Virus record (IMG/VR): IMGVR_UViG_3300005805_000115
Location: 1 to 53,964 of that record
DNA length: 53,964 bases
From: a virus
Lineage: Duplodnaviria > Caudoviricetes
Direction: 5' to 3' (one strand)
Part shown: piece by piece, positions 16,908 to 25,564 of the stretch
How positions within the stretch are numbered: the stretch's first letter is position 1
Layout: the number at the start of each line of letters is the position of its first letter
The notes under the pieces: generated by a model
What the model saw: only the letters and a program-made list of their open reading frames with translations
What the model was told of the DNA's origin: nothing
Database searches by the model: none
Program-made: the position numbers and the translations under genes

Positions 16908-17119
16908 GACCACCTCAGTGCAAACCAAGTGCCAGCTGATTCATTATACCAAGTGAAAGTTGTGTATCTGTCTATTTCTTTCATTTGTTCGTAGTCATAC
17001 CGGCCAGGGCGATACGCAAAATCAAAATCTCGACCTGCTGTATAACCCATGGCGTTGAGTTCTGTCAGCAGGGCTGAAATTTCGTTGCTGTTGAGCCGTG
17101 GAACTACTACACAAATCAT
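16904..17119 (-). CDS. small F-x-L-[RK]-W family protein
   Basis: FTWYNESAGTWFALRWS. Confidence 0.75.
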   Translation of the reverse strand: MICVVVPRLNSNEISALLTELNAMGYTAGRDFDFAYRPGRYDYEQMKEIDRYTTFTWYNESAGTWFALRWS

Positions 17120-17131
17120 GTGTGGCGATCG

Positions 17132-17491
17132 TCAACTATTGTTTGCTTGAGTTTCTGTGATGTGACGGCATTGGCCACGAAATGTAAATCCTTGACAGGT
17201 ACAGGTCCATTTGCCCAGATTTTCTGACACGGTATACTTATTGCCCCCACTGCCAGCCACCGACCATGAGCGACCTTCCTGCGGTTCGTCAGTGACCGAA
17301 TGACGGAATTGCACAGCATTGATTTTGAACTTGCGCCCACGCAGATCAATGCGCAACGGGTTGGCAAATACCTTGATGTCTTTGGTCACCGGCGATCGAT
17401 AGGCATAGACTTTGCTGCGGCTGTCATTCATGAGGTAGATACCATTGCGGGTACCATTGTTCCACTCAGTGACTTCGGCATACCATTTCAT
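17132..17491 (-). CDS. SWIM zinc-finger protein
   Basis: GSGGNKYTV...CTCQGFTFRGQCRHI (CxC-xn-CxH); start MKWYAE. Confidence 0.8.
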   Translation of the reverse strand: MKWYAEVTEWNNGTRNGIYLMNDSRSKVYAYRSPVTKDIKVFANPLRIDLRGRKFKINAVQFRHSVTDEPQEGRSWSVAGSGGNKYTVSENLGKWTCTCQGFTFRGQCRHITETQANNS

Positions 17492-17927
17492 GATAGGTTC
17501 CTTGCATGTTATGACGTTTATGGTATTTGACCATGGTGTTGTGTAACTGTGCTTCGGGCACACCAAAGTCTCGATAGCCCGTGAGAACCATGTCAAAATA
17601 TCCCGGGGAAGGCGCATGGTCTTTGTTGCCCGGTTGCATGTAGTAAACCAAAGCTTTGATTTCTGTGTCTTGATATCGCACATAGGCCCACTTACGGCCG
17701 TAAAAACCAGGATATCCTTCCAGGATGTCAAGGCTGGCCAAACACTGATCAGTGATAAGCCATAGCACACCATGAACCTGGCTGCGGTGATCACCCTGTA
17801 CATCTGCGGGACCCGCAAACCTAAATCGATGATTCAACAGGGTGGCCGCTCCCAGAGGGCGAGCCCCAGGGCAGCGATAGGCCATGCCCTGGCGGTTGGT
17901 GTTCATACCGTAGGCAAAATACAACAT
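17466..17927 (-). CDS. gamma-glutamylcyclotransferase (AIG2-like) family protein
   Basis: YFAYGMN, VHGVLW, LDILEGYP. Confidence 0.85.
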   Translation of the reverse strand: MLYFAYGMNTNRQGMAYRCPGARPLGAATLLNHRFRFAGPADVQGDHRSQVHGVLWLITDQCLASLDILEGYPGFYGRKWAYVRYQDTEIKALVYYMQPGNKDHAPSPGYFDMVLTGYRDFGVPEAQLHNTMVKYHKRHNMQGTYHEMVCRSH

Positions 17928-17931
17928 TGAA

Positions 17932-18144
17932 TTATCTTTTGAATCGTTCATAAAATTCTTGATTGATCATGTCCATTTCGGCTTGATCTACATAAAAGTC
18001 AGTGAGCGGGTCGTAGTAAGCCCCTTCTTTGGGGTCATAATAAAGAACACGCCCTGAAAAATTGAAAGGGCCTTCAAGGCCTTTGCGAGCTTGAAACTTG
18101 CCATCAATGTTGGGAAGAATCATGTAAGCCACAGCCCACTCCAA
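17932..18144 (-). CDS. conserved phage hypothetical protein
   Basis: GLEGPF..GRVLYYDPKEGAYYDP. Confidence 0.7.
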   Translation of the reverse strand: MEWAVAYMILPNIDGKFQARKGLEGPFNFSGRVLYYDPKEGAYYDPLTDFYVDQAEMDMINQEFYERFKR

Positions 18145-18162
18145 AAATTATCTACAGTGTTT

Positions 18163-18191
18163 ATTGTAGCAAAATCACAATTTTTGGGCAA
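18163..18191 (-). promoter_or_regulatory. sigma70-type early promoter with upstream operator (18198-18215)
   Basis: TTGCCC-17-TACAAT, extended -10; TGTGGT-N6-ACAACA upstream. Confidence 0.7.
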
Positions 18192-18236
18192 CCAGACTGT
18201 GGTTTTTCCACAACATCAGTAGAAACCATTAGTTTT

Positions 18237-18251
18237 TGTTGCGTTGCAACA
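18237..18251. promoter_or_regulatory. PhaR-like palindromic box
   Basis: TGTTGC-GTT-GCAACA upstream of TAAATA (18261-18266). Confidence 0.5.
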
Positions 18252-18283
18252 ACATTGAGGTAAATAGCATTGAGGAGAAAAAC

Positions 18284-18445
18284 ATGACCGAACTAATGAC
18301 AAAATTGTTAGAACGGCTGGCCGAAATGCTTCCCGAAGCTGATTACCAATCACGCTTGGAACATTTTATTGCAAGTCGTAACCCACAGACCCCGGCAGAT
18401 GTTGAGCACTGGGAACGTCAATTTATGTACACTAACTGGAGCTAA
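18284..18445 (+). CDS. DUF3563-like small protein
   Basis: QSRLEHFIASRNPQTPADVEHWERQF; GAGGAG SD. Confidence 0.6.
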   Translation: MTELMTKLLERLAEMLPEADYQSRLEHFIASRNPQTPADVEHWERQFMYTNWS

Positions 18446-18448
18446 ACT

Positions 18449-18550
18449 ATGAAAATGTTACAATCTGTTTGGGACTTTTTGGTAGAATGGGGCGTGGCCT
18501 GGGCTGAGTATCGCAACGGTCAAACTGATCGATTCAACGGATACATCTGA
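18449..18550 (+). CDS. small protein (33 aa)
   Basis: Hand-translated MKMLQSVWDFLVEWGVAWAEYRNGQTDRFNGYI; GGAG SD. Confidence 0.5.
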   Translation: MKMLQSVWDFLVEWGVAWAEYRNGQTDRFNGYI

Positions 18551-18798
18551 GGCTGCGGCTTTAGCAGCCACCCCTGATTGGTCACTCGATGCAGCCATTG
18601 ATAAAATGACTCATCGATGATCAATCTTCCTTGTTGAGCCAGATGTTGATATCTTGGCAAAACTTCAAAACCATCCACGGTCACTGTGTCTGTTTCTCTG
18701 AATACCAAAGGATCCAACAATCCTGACTCACTGACAGTGCCATTGACTGAAATGGTCAGTTTGAAATCAGTAGCCAGCAGATCTAAAAAGTTCATCAT
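18520..18798 (-). CDS. hypothetical protein
   Basis: 92 aa, overlaps end of radical SAM gene. Confidence 0.55.
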   Translation of the reverse strand: MMNFLDLLATDFKLTISVNGTVSESGLLDPLVFRETDTVTVDGFEVLPRYQHLAQQGRLIIDESFYQWLHRVTNQGWLLKPQPQMYPLNRSV

Positions 18799-20038
18799 AG
18801 TCGGGTAAGTAATCTAAAACACAGTTGCCACGACTGCTTTCCAATCGTTTGATAAATTGTACCAGTTCGGGCATGCGGAAACTTTCGTCTGGCATGTCAG
18901 CAAGGTACGTGACATAGCTTTGCAAGTCTTGCACATTATGCAAATTGGCCACTGTGGGGTCTCTGGTGTTGACCACCGGAGCTGCGCTGATTCCTCGTTG
19001 ATCTATCCAGCGTTGCATGCTGTTGATAACTGATTGACGGTATTGCACGGGCAGCACCGAAGGCCTCATAAAAGCTGGCTCCTGCAAAAAATTACAGCTT
19101 TCTATGGCCAGTTGGTTTTGCCATGCAAAATCATAAACCGACAGCAACTTGGAGATTGTGAATATGGTAGGTGTAATACGTAACTGCACCAACCAATTGT
19201 GCTGTTTGGCAAGGTCTAACCATCGGACCAAAGTTGTACGCACCTGATCAATTTTGCTGGGCCATCTCACGTAATCATTCACAGCATCCAACGATTCCAC
19301 ACTCACGCCGAGATTTACTCCGCGGAATTGAGTCAACAGGTCTACCACAGTTTGATCCCAAACAGTAAGATTTGTGGTAAAACCAATGGTGGCATTGACA
19401 TTGAGCTTGTGATCGATCAGACGCTGCAATATCACTTTGAAAGCCGGCGTGATCACTGTCTCACCGCCAATGAAATGCAAATATTGAATGTGTTTGCATT
19501 CAGTCAAAGCAGCAATCAGCCTGTCAACCATAACAGGATCATCGGCCCAACTGGGCTTGGGCAACTGGTCAATGATACCGATGCGTTGCCATTCCTGAGC
19601 CAGGCGTGAGCTACTGTGCGGACTGCAAAACACACAAGCTGAATTACAGTAATTGCCTAAATCAATTTGCCAATCCTGTGGCGTTTGATCGCAGTGCTCT
19701 GCAGTAAAAATTGGTACCCATGGAGAGCTGGCCAATGACTTGTCAAAATGCTCTAATCTCACTCCGATTTTCAACAATTGACGTTGTCTGCCGCTGATTT
19801 TACCATGCTGCTCCATCACTGCACACTCTGCACAGCCTGACGGTCGTTGACCGTTGATCAACAGTTGGCGAATATCCGACACATGATGTTTGAAATACTG
19901 CAATGGTGCAACATCAACAATGTTTGGCTCAGCGCCGCGCTGAGATTTGTCAGCCCAACGGCAGTATTCATAGTGCCCTGCATTGTTGATGCGCATGTGG
20001 AACCAAGGGCTGGGACAAAAGTTATTCTTAAGAGTCAC
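18767..20038 (-). CDS. radical SAM protein with N-terminal twitch/SPASM-like Cys cluster
   Basis: CNSACVFC (CxxxCxxC), GGE; N-terminal CPSPW...C...CAEC. Confidence 0.88.
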   Translation of the reverse strand: MTLKNNFCPSPWFHMRINNAGHYEYCRWADKSQRGAEPNIVDVAPLQYFKHHVSDIRQLLINGQRPSGCAECAVMEQHGKISGRQRQLLKIGVRLEHFDKSLASSPWVPIFTAEHCDQTPQDWQIDLGNYCNSACVFCSPHSSSRLAQEWQRIGIIDQLPKPSWADDPVMVDRLIAALTECKHIQYLHFIGGETVITPAFKVILQRLIDHKLNVNATIGFTTNLTVWDQTVVDLLTQFRGVNLGVSVESLDAVNDYVRWPSKIDQVRTTLVRWLDLAKQHNWLVQLRITPTIFTISKLLSVYDFAWQNQLAIESCNFLQEPAFMRPSVLPVQYRQSVINSMQRWIDQRGISAAPVVNTRDPTVANLHNVQDLQSYVTYLADMPDESFRMPELVQFIKRLESSRGNCVLDYLPDYDELFRSAGY

Positions 20039-20618
20039 GTTTGGTTAGAATTTTGTCGGCTAGACCATATGCAACAGATTCGCTGGCAGTCATGAAGTTG
20101 TCACGCTCCATGTCTGCTTTGAGACGGTCATAGGTCTGTCCGGTGTGAGTCACATATATATCAGTCAAGACCTGTTTCCATCGCAGCAGTTCACGAGCTT
20201 GAATTTCAACATCTGTGGCTTGGCCCGATGCACCGCCCAGTGGTTGATGAATCATATGACGGGCATTGGGTAGGATATAGCGATGTCCGGGTTCACCTGC
20301 TGATGCCAACAATGATCCCATGCTGGCTGCCTGCCCCATCACAATAGTATGAACCATGGGTTTGATAAACTGCATGGTGTCGTAGATGGCCATGCCTGCT
20401 GTGACAGATCCCCCAGGTGAGTTGATGTACAGCGAGATAGCTTTGTCAGGGTTGTCAGACTCAAGATACAGCAACTGACCGCATACCAAACTGGCAGTGG
20501 CCTGACTGACTTCACCATCTAACATTACAATACGATCCTTGAGCAAACGACTGTACAGATCGTAACTGCGTTCGCCTTTGTAGGTGTGTTCTAACACCAC
20601 TGGCACTAGGTTTGGCAT
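20028..20618 (-). CDS. clpP: ATP-dependent Clp protease proteolytic subunit
   Basis: [38 protein letters not shown]. Confidence 0.95.
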   Translation of the reverse strand: MPNLVPVVLEHTYKGERSYDLYSRLLKDRIVMLDGEVSQATASLVCGQLLYLESDNPDKAISLYINSPGGSVTAGMAIYDTMQFIKPMVHTIVMGQAASMGSLLASAGEPGHRYILPNARHMIHQPLGGASGQATDVEIQARELLRWKQVLTDIYVTHTGQTYDRLKADMERDNFMTASESVAYGLADKILTKRDS

Positions 20619-20633
20619 AAATTCTCCTTGCAA

Positions 20634-20639
20634 TAAATA
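20634..20639 (+). promoter_or_regulatory. T4-like late promoter (TAAATA)
   Basis: Upstream of ATG 20661. Confidence 0.55.
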
Positions 20640-20660
20640 TATGTTAACACAAATACTATC

Positions 20661-21920
20661 ATGTCTGCAACCTATTCAAACTCTAACCTCATACGTCGTT
20701 ATCTAACCATTGTTGAACAACGTGAAGATTTGGAAGAAACTCCACAAGAAGTTCGACAAGCCATTCAACAGCGCATAGACAAAATACCCGATGAACAAGA
20801 TTTGGTTGATGTGCTAAAATACACTAGAAAATTCAGTCTAAAGAAAGATGTTGAAACATTTACCACACTGAGATCTTACAAGGACACAGTGAGTTCGGTA
20901 TTTCTCAAGGCACTGGCGGACAGTGACTTGCCAGACACCACAATCAAACGATTTCTAAAAAAACTGGCAGCGGATGGCATCCTCAATGCCAACAAATTAC
21001 TGACTCCGGTTCAGATTCATACCACAGCAGACATCATCGACAATGCCTATGAAGATGTATTCAACTCTATCAAAGTGCCAGTGTTCCGAGACATTTCGGG
21101 CAAAATTGGTGAAATGGGAGACGTAGGCAAAGGCGAGTATTTGCTAGACATTCTCAGCCCCCAGGTAAACCGCAGAGGTGCACCAGGAGATCTTGATGTC
21201 AATGGCACCAAAGTCGAACTCAAGGCCGGCGAAAACGGACGCATTGGTCCAGCAGGTAGTCAAAGTTTGGCTGGTAGATTTCAGCGCGAGTTTGTGCCAG
21301 TGCTGACCAAACTCATGCCAGGCAAGCAGATACCTGAGCCAACAGTGTTCAACCCCAAACTCAATATGGCAGGATTCTCAGAGTTTTTTGATAACGATCC
21401 TAAAAAAGTCAAAACTGCTCTCACTTACATGTTACAGATGCATTACCCCGAAGGAGTCAACGCCAAGACCATTGCCAACAATGTGGTAGGGTCAGATGGC
21501 AACATAGATGGTCAAAAACTCAAACGCGAAATGCTGGGTGCCAGCTTCCAAGTCTATAAGGATGCCAAAGAATTTGATGGTATCATTATCATGGACAAAG
21601 ATATCAGCAGATTCATGTATGTGGCTTCGCCTGAAGATATCAAAAATGCTGCCAACACACTGCTGGTTAGTTTTCCCAGCTGGACTGATACCCAGAGCAA
21701 TGCAATGAAAATTACTTTGGCCAAAGGCCCCAGATCAGCAGTTGGTAAACCAGAATCTGGTGCTGCGGATGTTGTGCCTGGGGCTGACCTCAGCACTGAC
21801 ACCCTTGACACTATTACCACTGCACCCAGGCTGAAAGGTCCAGGCGCCAGAGCAGCCGCACAAGCCACAGCGCCAAAAACAGACATTCAAACTCTTGGCC
21901 GGAAGAAACGACGACAATGA
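20661..21920 (+). CDS. PD-(D/E)XK-like nuclease-fold protein, possibly virion-packaged
   Basis: GKGEYLL...[15 protein letters not shown]; N-terminal [10 protein letters not shown]. Confidence 0.55.
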   Translation: MSATYSNSNLIRRYLTIVEQREDLEETPQEVRQAIQQRIDKIPDEQDLVDVLKYTRKFSLKKDVETFTTLRSYKDTVSSVFLKALADSDLPDTTIKRFLKKLAADGILNANKLLTPVQIHTTADIIDNAYEDVFNSIKVPVFRDISGKIGEMGDVGKGEYLLDILSPQVNRRGAPGDLDVNGTKVELKAGENGRIGPAGSQSLAGRFQREFVPVLTKLMPGKQIPEPTVFNPKLNMAGFSEFFDNDPKKVKTALTYMLQMHYPEGVNAKTIANNVVGSDGNIDGQKLKREMLGASFQVYKDAKEFDGIIIMDKDISRFMYVASPEDIKNAANTLLVSFPSWTDTQSNAMKITLAKGPRSAVGKPESGAADVVPGADLSTDTLDTITTAPRLKGPGARAAAQATAPKTDIQTLGRKKRRQ

Positions 21921-22099
21921 AAATCAGTGACCTAGAGCAGCGGCGAATGAAAACATTCACTGCCCGAATCAAACTACCTCGTCAGGCCACTGTGATCACA
22001 GCGCAGGTTGTAGCAGCTAACTATGAATTGGCCAGACGTCTATTGATAGGCCAATACGGTCAAGGATCAGTGGTATCGGCAGTGACCGAAGTCAAATAA
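21917..22099 (+). CDS. small hypothetical protein
   Basis: 60 aa, ATGA overlap; ARRLLIGQYG. Confidence 0.6.
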   Translation: MKISDLEQRRMKTFTARIKLPRQATVITAQVVAANYELARRLLIGQYGQGSVVSAVTEVK

Positions 22100-22675
22100 T
22101 CAGCGATTGATATCGCTGATTGCATCACAGATTCCCCATTTCAGTGCTTCTTCGGCCGATAGCCAAACATCATGAGGCGGCAACAGTGCTGCTTTTATGG
22201 TTTCGTCATCCAGTCCTGTACTGGTACGGTAGTGATTGATCATACGTGTCTGTGCCAGTGAAAATTCTTTCATGGTAGCAAACAGTTCGTGCGTCTTACC
22301 ATCTGAATTCCAAGTGAACTGATGACTGAGAATACTGGTATATGGTGTGAGCACTCGCCGACCACGGGTGCCTGCCAAAAAAATCATAAGCCCTGAACTA
22401 GCAATACACCCCAGTCCTACAGTCTTGACAGCTATTTTGCTGCTTCTAATGACATCTATCAGTGCAAAGGCCGCAGACATATCGCCGCCCTCTGAGCAAA
22501 TCATCAGCAGCAGCTCTTTGCGTCTTTTTTTGCTGACCCAGTTCTCGTGAAGAATCCACTCGATCACTGGTCGGACTGAATCCATGTCTACCGTGCCTGT
22601 GAACACATACATGCCTGCATCGTTCAAGGCCTGTGTGTGAGTTAGATCATTTTCTGCAGGGTTATCTTGTGCCAT
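22100..22675 (-). CDS. clpP: second, divergent ClpP-family protease
   Basis: ICSEGG, GCIASSG (Ser), LSHQ (His), HDVWLSAEEA (Asp). Confidence 0.85.
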   Translation of the reverse strand: MAQDNPAENDLTHTQALNDAGMYVFTGTVDMDSVRPVIEWILHENWVSKKRRKELLLMICSEGGDMSAAFALIDVIRSSKIAVKTVGLGCIASSGLMIFLAGTRGRRVLTPYTSILSHQFTWNSDGKTHELFATMKEFSLAQTRMINHYRTSTGLDDETIKAALLPPHDVWLSAEEALKWGICDAISDINR

Positions 22676-22682
22676 GATAGCA

Positions 22683-22710
22683 AATGCGGCCTATTGGGCC
22701 GCATTATTTA
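22683..22710 (-). promoter_or_regulatory. late promoter TAAATA followed by a 5' hairpin
   Basis: TATAAATA then AATGCGGCC-CAATA-GGCCGCATT. Confidence 0.6.
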
Positions 22711-22726
22711 TAGCTGTGGTTTTGCC

Positions 22727-23296
22727 TCACTGCGGTTTGGCGGCGTCCATTTCGCGGAATGCAGCTTCGCCTCGACGCGCAGCTGACTCTTGCATACGCA
22801 GACGATCTTTGCGTTGCTGTAGCAAATTGGCGTCACCTGTGGGCAGAGCCACCAGCACATAGGTGCGATATCGTCCATTTTCGTTCACACGTTTGATATC
22901 GCGTGTTTCAACACCAGTGATATCCACTCCGGGACACATACTGCGGATTGCCATTTCGGACGATTCATAGGTGCCCGAATCTGAATCCTGAATAAAAGTG
23001 CGAGCACGTTGATCAACTCGCCCGCCGGCTGCCATACAGATTTTGCTATAGGCAACCATTTTGGCTTTGTTATCAGCCATACTGAGATCACCGCTGACAG
23101 CACTGCCTGTGGCAAATACAGCGTTGGAACTGCTGGGCAATTCGGTCATCCATTTGGGAGCCTGCTCCAAAGCACGATTCACGGCCTGAGATCGTTGCTG
23201 TTGTTGCTCCCATGCCCGGCGTTCATAATTTTCTTTGGGCGCTGAACTGCAAGCCGCCAACAAAGTAACGGCAGATAAAATAATTAGGGTACGCAT
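22727..23296 (-). CDS. LPP20-like lipoprotein
   Basis: Lipobox LAAC; PKWM...ATGSAVS.DLSMA..KA; start MRTLII. Confidence 0.7.
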   Translation of the reverse strand: MRTLIILSAVTLLAACSSAPKENYERRAWEQQQQRSQAVNRALEQAPKWMTELPSSSNAVFATGSAVSGDLSMADNKAKMVAYSKICMAAGGRVDQRARTFIQDSDSGTYESSEMAIRSMCPGVDITGVETRDIKRVNENGRYRTYVLVALPTGDANLLQQRKDRLRMQESAARRGEAAFREMDAAKPQ

Positions 23297-23306
23297 GATT
23301 GTCCTT

Positions 23307-23450
23307 TTATCGATTTTTGATCCAGTTTCCAGCTTTTTGCAGATCAGTGCCTGCGCCGCTGACTGCACCACCAATGGTTCCGCATCCGGGCAACAGTAGC
23401 ACAAACACAGACAACAGTAATACTGAGATCATTGACAGAACCAATTTCAT
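23307..23450 (-). CDS. entericidin A/B-like small lipoprotein (47 aa)
   Basis: Hand-translated MKLVLSMISVLLLSVFVLLLPGCGTIGGAVSGAGTDLQKAGNWIKNR; GGAG SD. Confidence 0.7.
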   Translation of the reverse strand: MKLVLSMISVLLLSVFVLLLPGCGTIGGAVSGAGTDLQKAGNWIKNR

Positions 23451-23480
23451 AAATTACTCCGATAAAAATTGAGATACACT

Positions 23481-23509
23481 ATTATACAGCAAAAACAGTT
23501 ATGGGTCAA
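23481..23509 (-). promoter_or_regulatory. sigma70-type early promoter
   Basis: TTGACC-17-TATAAT. Confidence 0.8.
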
Positions 23510-23521
23510 CATCTTTGGCAA

Positions 23522-24082
23522 CTAGAATTTGTCTACCACTACCCATTCATCTTGACCAATTTGGCAAATTACACCTTCCCAAGTACGAATGTCCGACCTT
23601 ACATACTGACTATCTAAAAAGTAACGACATTGAGCACCATTGTGCCAAAATAGATTTGGTCGTTCAGGATGCGGTCGAAACTGAGCCAGACGACCCACAG
23701 TGCCAGGGTTGGTCTGTCGTAGATTGCGCAGATCAGGATTGTCTGAACAGATCAACACCTTTTCAGATGCGGTTTGAGTGCGCCCGGCCTGTTCACGCAC
23801 ATGATTATCTGCCTGTGCCACAGCTCTAGCACAGGCTTCTTCGCGCGGTCTATCACCAGGCCATTCATGTTCACCGTAGGCTGTGTACCAATCAACTCCA
23901 ACTCGGGCTCTAAAATTGACCATGCATTTGCGATTGCCGCCTGGCAAAGGTACCACTTCGGTGCGAAACTGTGACCTCTCTTGAATCACTGTTTCATTGC
24001 GTTGCACCACACGATCTTGCAACACACAGTCGGCCCAGGCAGTGAGCGGTAACAACACAAGCCACGCTGCAGATTTCAACAA
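23522..24082 (-). CDS. secreted Cys-rich hypothetical protein
   Basis: Signal peptide ending TAWA, six Cys. Confidence 0.65.
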   Translation of the reverse strand: MLKSAAWLVLLPLTAWADCVLQDRVVQRNETVIQERSQFRTEVVPLPGGNRKCMVNFRARVGVDWYTAYGEHEWPGDRPREEACARAVAQADNHVREQAGRTQTASEKVLICSDNPDLRNLRQTNPGTVGRLAQFRPHPERPNLFWHNGAQCRYFLDSQYVRSDIRTWEGVICQIGQDEWVVVDKF

Positions 24083-24360
24083 TAGCTCCTCAAATAAATC
24101 ACATGATGTCTAATGATCTGATTGGCCCTGCGAGCTTCTCCTGTGACACCACGCCAGCTGAAAGCCAATTCGTCCCGGTCATTGGTATATTGGCTCATCA
24201 AGAGTGAGATTTGTTCATCACGTATTTTGCAGTTTGGCACAAACTGGCCTAACTGCTCTATGGTCATGTAGGTTGAATTCTGTGTGGGGCCAACAGATGC
24301 ACAACCACTAGACAGGCTGGCAATGATAACGTATGTCCCAAATTTTTTTACGAATTTCAT
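24076..24360 (-). CDS. putative lipoprotein
   Basis: LSSGC lipobox; PNC...IYLRSYC. Confidence 0.6.
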   Translation of the reverse strand: MKFVKKFGTYVIIASLSSGCASVGPTQNSTYMTIEQLGQFVPNCKIRDEQISLLMSQYTNDRDELAFSWRGVTGEARRANQIIRHHVIYLRSYC

Positions 24361-24568
24361 TGCGAGTCCTTTGAAAGTCTTGTGCGGTTTCAGATCGGTG
24401 TTGCGGTATTCTAGATTGACTTTCTAACCAATCTAGCATTATTTGCCTATTTCTGCAGTCAGCCGGCAACATGGCCACATTGAATGGCACTGTGTTGGGA
24501 GGTTTGGACACAGAACAGCCTGCCAGCAAAACTGCAGCAGCCACTACCAAACTATGACGCCATTTCAC
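24308..24568 (-). CDS. putative lipoprotein
   Basis: GTG start; LAGC lipobox; ADC...WDIRYHC. Confidence 0.65.
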   Translation of the reverse strand: MKWRHSLVVAAAVLLAGCSVSKPPNTVPFNVAMLPADCRNRQIMLDWLESQSRIPQHRSETAQDFQRTRNEIRKKIWDIRYHCQPV

Positions 24569-24710
24569 TGTGTCGACCTCGATGTTTGTCGCGACGTTGA
24601 TATCGCACACGTGATTTTTCCTTACGACCGCGAAAAGGCAGTTCACTGTCAAACAGTGCGCGATGCCGTCTATTAGGTGTGGCAGGAACTGTGAAAGTTG
24701 AATGTTTCAT
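24552..24710 (-). CDS. ArfA-like (alternative ribosome rescue factor-like) basic peptide
   Basis: ALFDSELPFRGRKEKSRVRYQRRDKH resembles ArfA ALLHDPLFRQRVEK..KGSYMRKGKH. Confidence 0.55.
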   Translation of the reverse strand: MKHSTFTVPATPNRRHRALFDSELPFRGRKEKSRVRYQRRDKHRGRHSEMAS

Positions 24711-24719
24711 AGTACAGCC

Positions 24720-24749
24720 ATTGTACAACAGTTTGGTTTTTTTGGTCAA
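24720..24749 (-). promoter_or_regulatory. sigma70-type early promoter
   Basis: TTGACC-18-TACAAT. Confidence 0.7.
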
Positions 24750-24750
24750 C

Positions 24751-24773
24751 AAAAACCCTGCCTAAGCAGGGTT
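24751..24773 (-). terminator. rho-independent terminator
   Basis: AACCCTGC-TTAG-GCAGGGTTTTT on the minus strand after the phasin-like gene. Confidence 0.7.
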
Positions 24774-24789
24774 GTAGAAAAACAACACC

Positions 24790-25050
24790 TTACTTGGCAG
24801 GCGCAAACATCTTGGTAAAATCAAATTTGCTGTAGTCCATTTTGCCAAAATCAGACAACTGCTTGACTGATTCTGTAGCCAAGGTGGTACCCAGGTCTGT
24901 GGTGACCTTGGCCACTGATTTGGTGTATGCCGTTTGGCTGTCAATGAAATCAATTAGGGATTTTTTCACTGCTTCGTGCTGAACAAAAGTGTTCACAAAT
25001 GTTTTTTTGCCGCTCTGCACGGTATCAATATAAAAATCGGTTGTAAACAT
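24790..25050 (-). CDS. phasin-like amphipathic helical protein
   Basis: MFTTDFYIDTVQSGKKTFV...FIDSQTAYTK; AAGGAG SD; function inferred. Confidence 0.5.
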   Translation of the reverse strand: MFTTDFYIDTVQSGKKTFVNTFVQHEAVKKSLIDFIDSQTAYTKSVAKVTTDLGTTLATESVKQLSDFGKMDYSKFDFTKMFAPAK

Positions 25051-25124
25051 ATCAATCTCCTTGTGTAGTAGTTTACTGCGAGGTCCGTCATTCAGCACCT
25101 CAACTGTATTATATATGACATTAT

Positions 25125-25139
25125 TGTTGCAGTGCAACA
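25125..25139. promoter_or_regulatory. PhaR-like palindromic box
   Basis: TGTTGC-AGT-GCAACA upstream of the phasin-like gene. Confidence 0.55.
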
Positions 25140-25201
25140 TTTTTCTGCTCTTTTTGATTGGTTTTGATATATGCCCACTAAATACTTGATAGGAGATACA
25201 A

Positions 25202-25504
25202 ATGGAAATTTTTATTTTGTTTATGATTGGAGCTGTGGGAGTATTCTGGTGGCTCAATCATGCCACATCCAAAAAACTCAAACAATCAAACACTGAACCC
25301 GTGTCCAACACGGTGCCAACTCCTGTGGTCGAAGAAAAACCAGTGCCTGTGGTCACAAACCATGTTGCTACAGAACCTGTAGTCTCGCCAGTGATTGCAG
25401 ACACCACACAGGCAGACAAAGAGCCTGCCAAACCTAAATCAAGATCCAAAAAACCAACACCCAAAGCTGTGGTCAAAAAACCTCGCGCTGCCAAAGTCAA
25501 GTAA
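25202..25504 (+). CDS. single-TM protein with Pro/Lys-rich tail
   Basis: TAAATA (25179-25184) and AGGAG upstream. Confidence 0.7.
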   Translation: MEIFILFMIGAVGVFWWLNHATSKKLKQSNTEPVSNTVPTPVVEEKPVPVVTNHVATEPVVSPVIADTTQADKEPAKPKSRSKKPTPKAVVKKPRAAKVK

Positions 25505-25533
25505 TTCAAAAAACCTATACTTTTTTATAAGCT

Positions 25534-25560
25534 AACCTCGCGTAAATACCACGCGAGGTT
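25534..25560 (+). promoter_or_regulatory. late promoter inside an SD-sequestering hairpin
   Basis: AACCTCGCGT-AAATACC-ACGCGAGGTT; TAAATA at 25543-25548; GAGG SD in the 3' arm. Confidence 0.7.
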
Positions 25561-25564
25561 TCTT

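Noticed and set aside
14962-17119. Diversity-generating retroelement or integron behind the paralogue array
   Set aside because: No reverse transcriptase, near-identical template/variable repeats, integrase or attC-like spacers seen; the genes overlap directly.
17492-17818. N-terminal extension of ORF 17132..17818
   Set aside because: It overlaps the gamma-glutamylcyclotransferase in another frame; the SWIM protein more plausibly starts at 17491.
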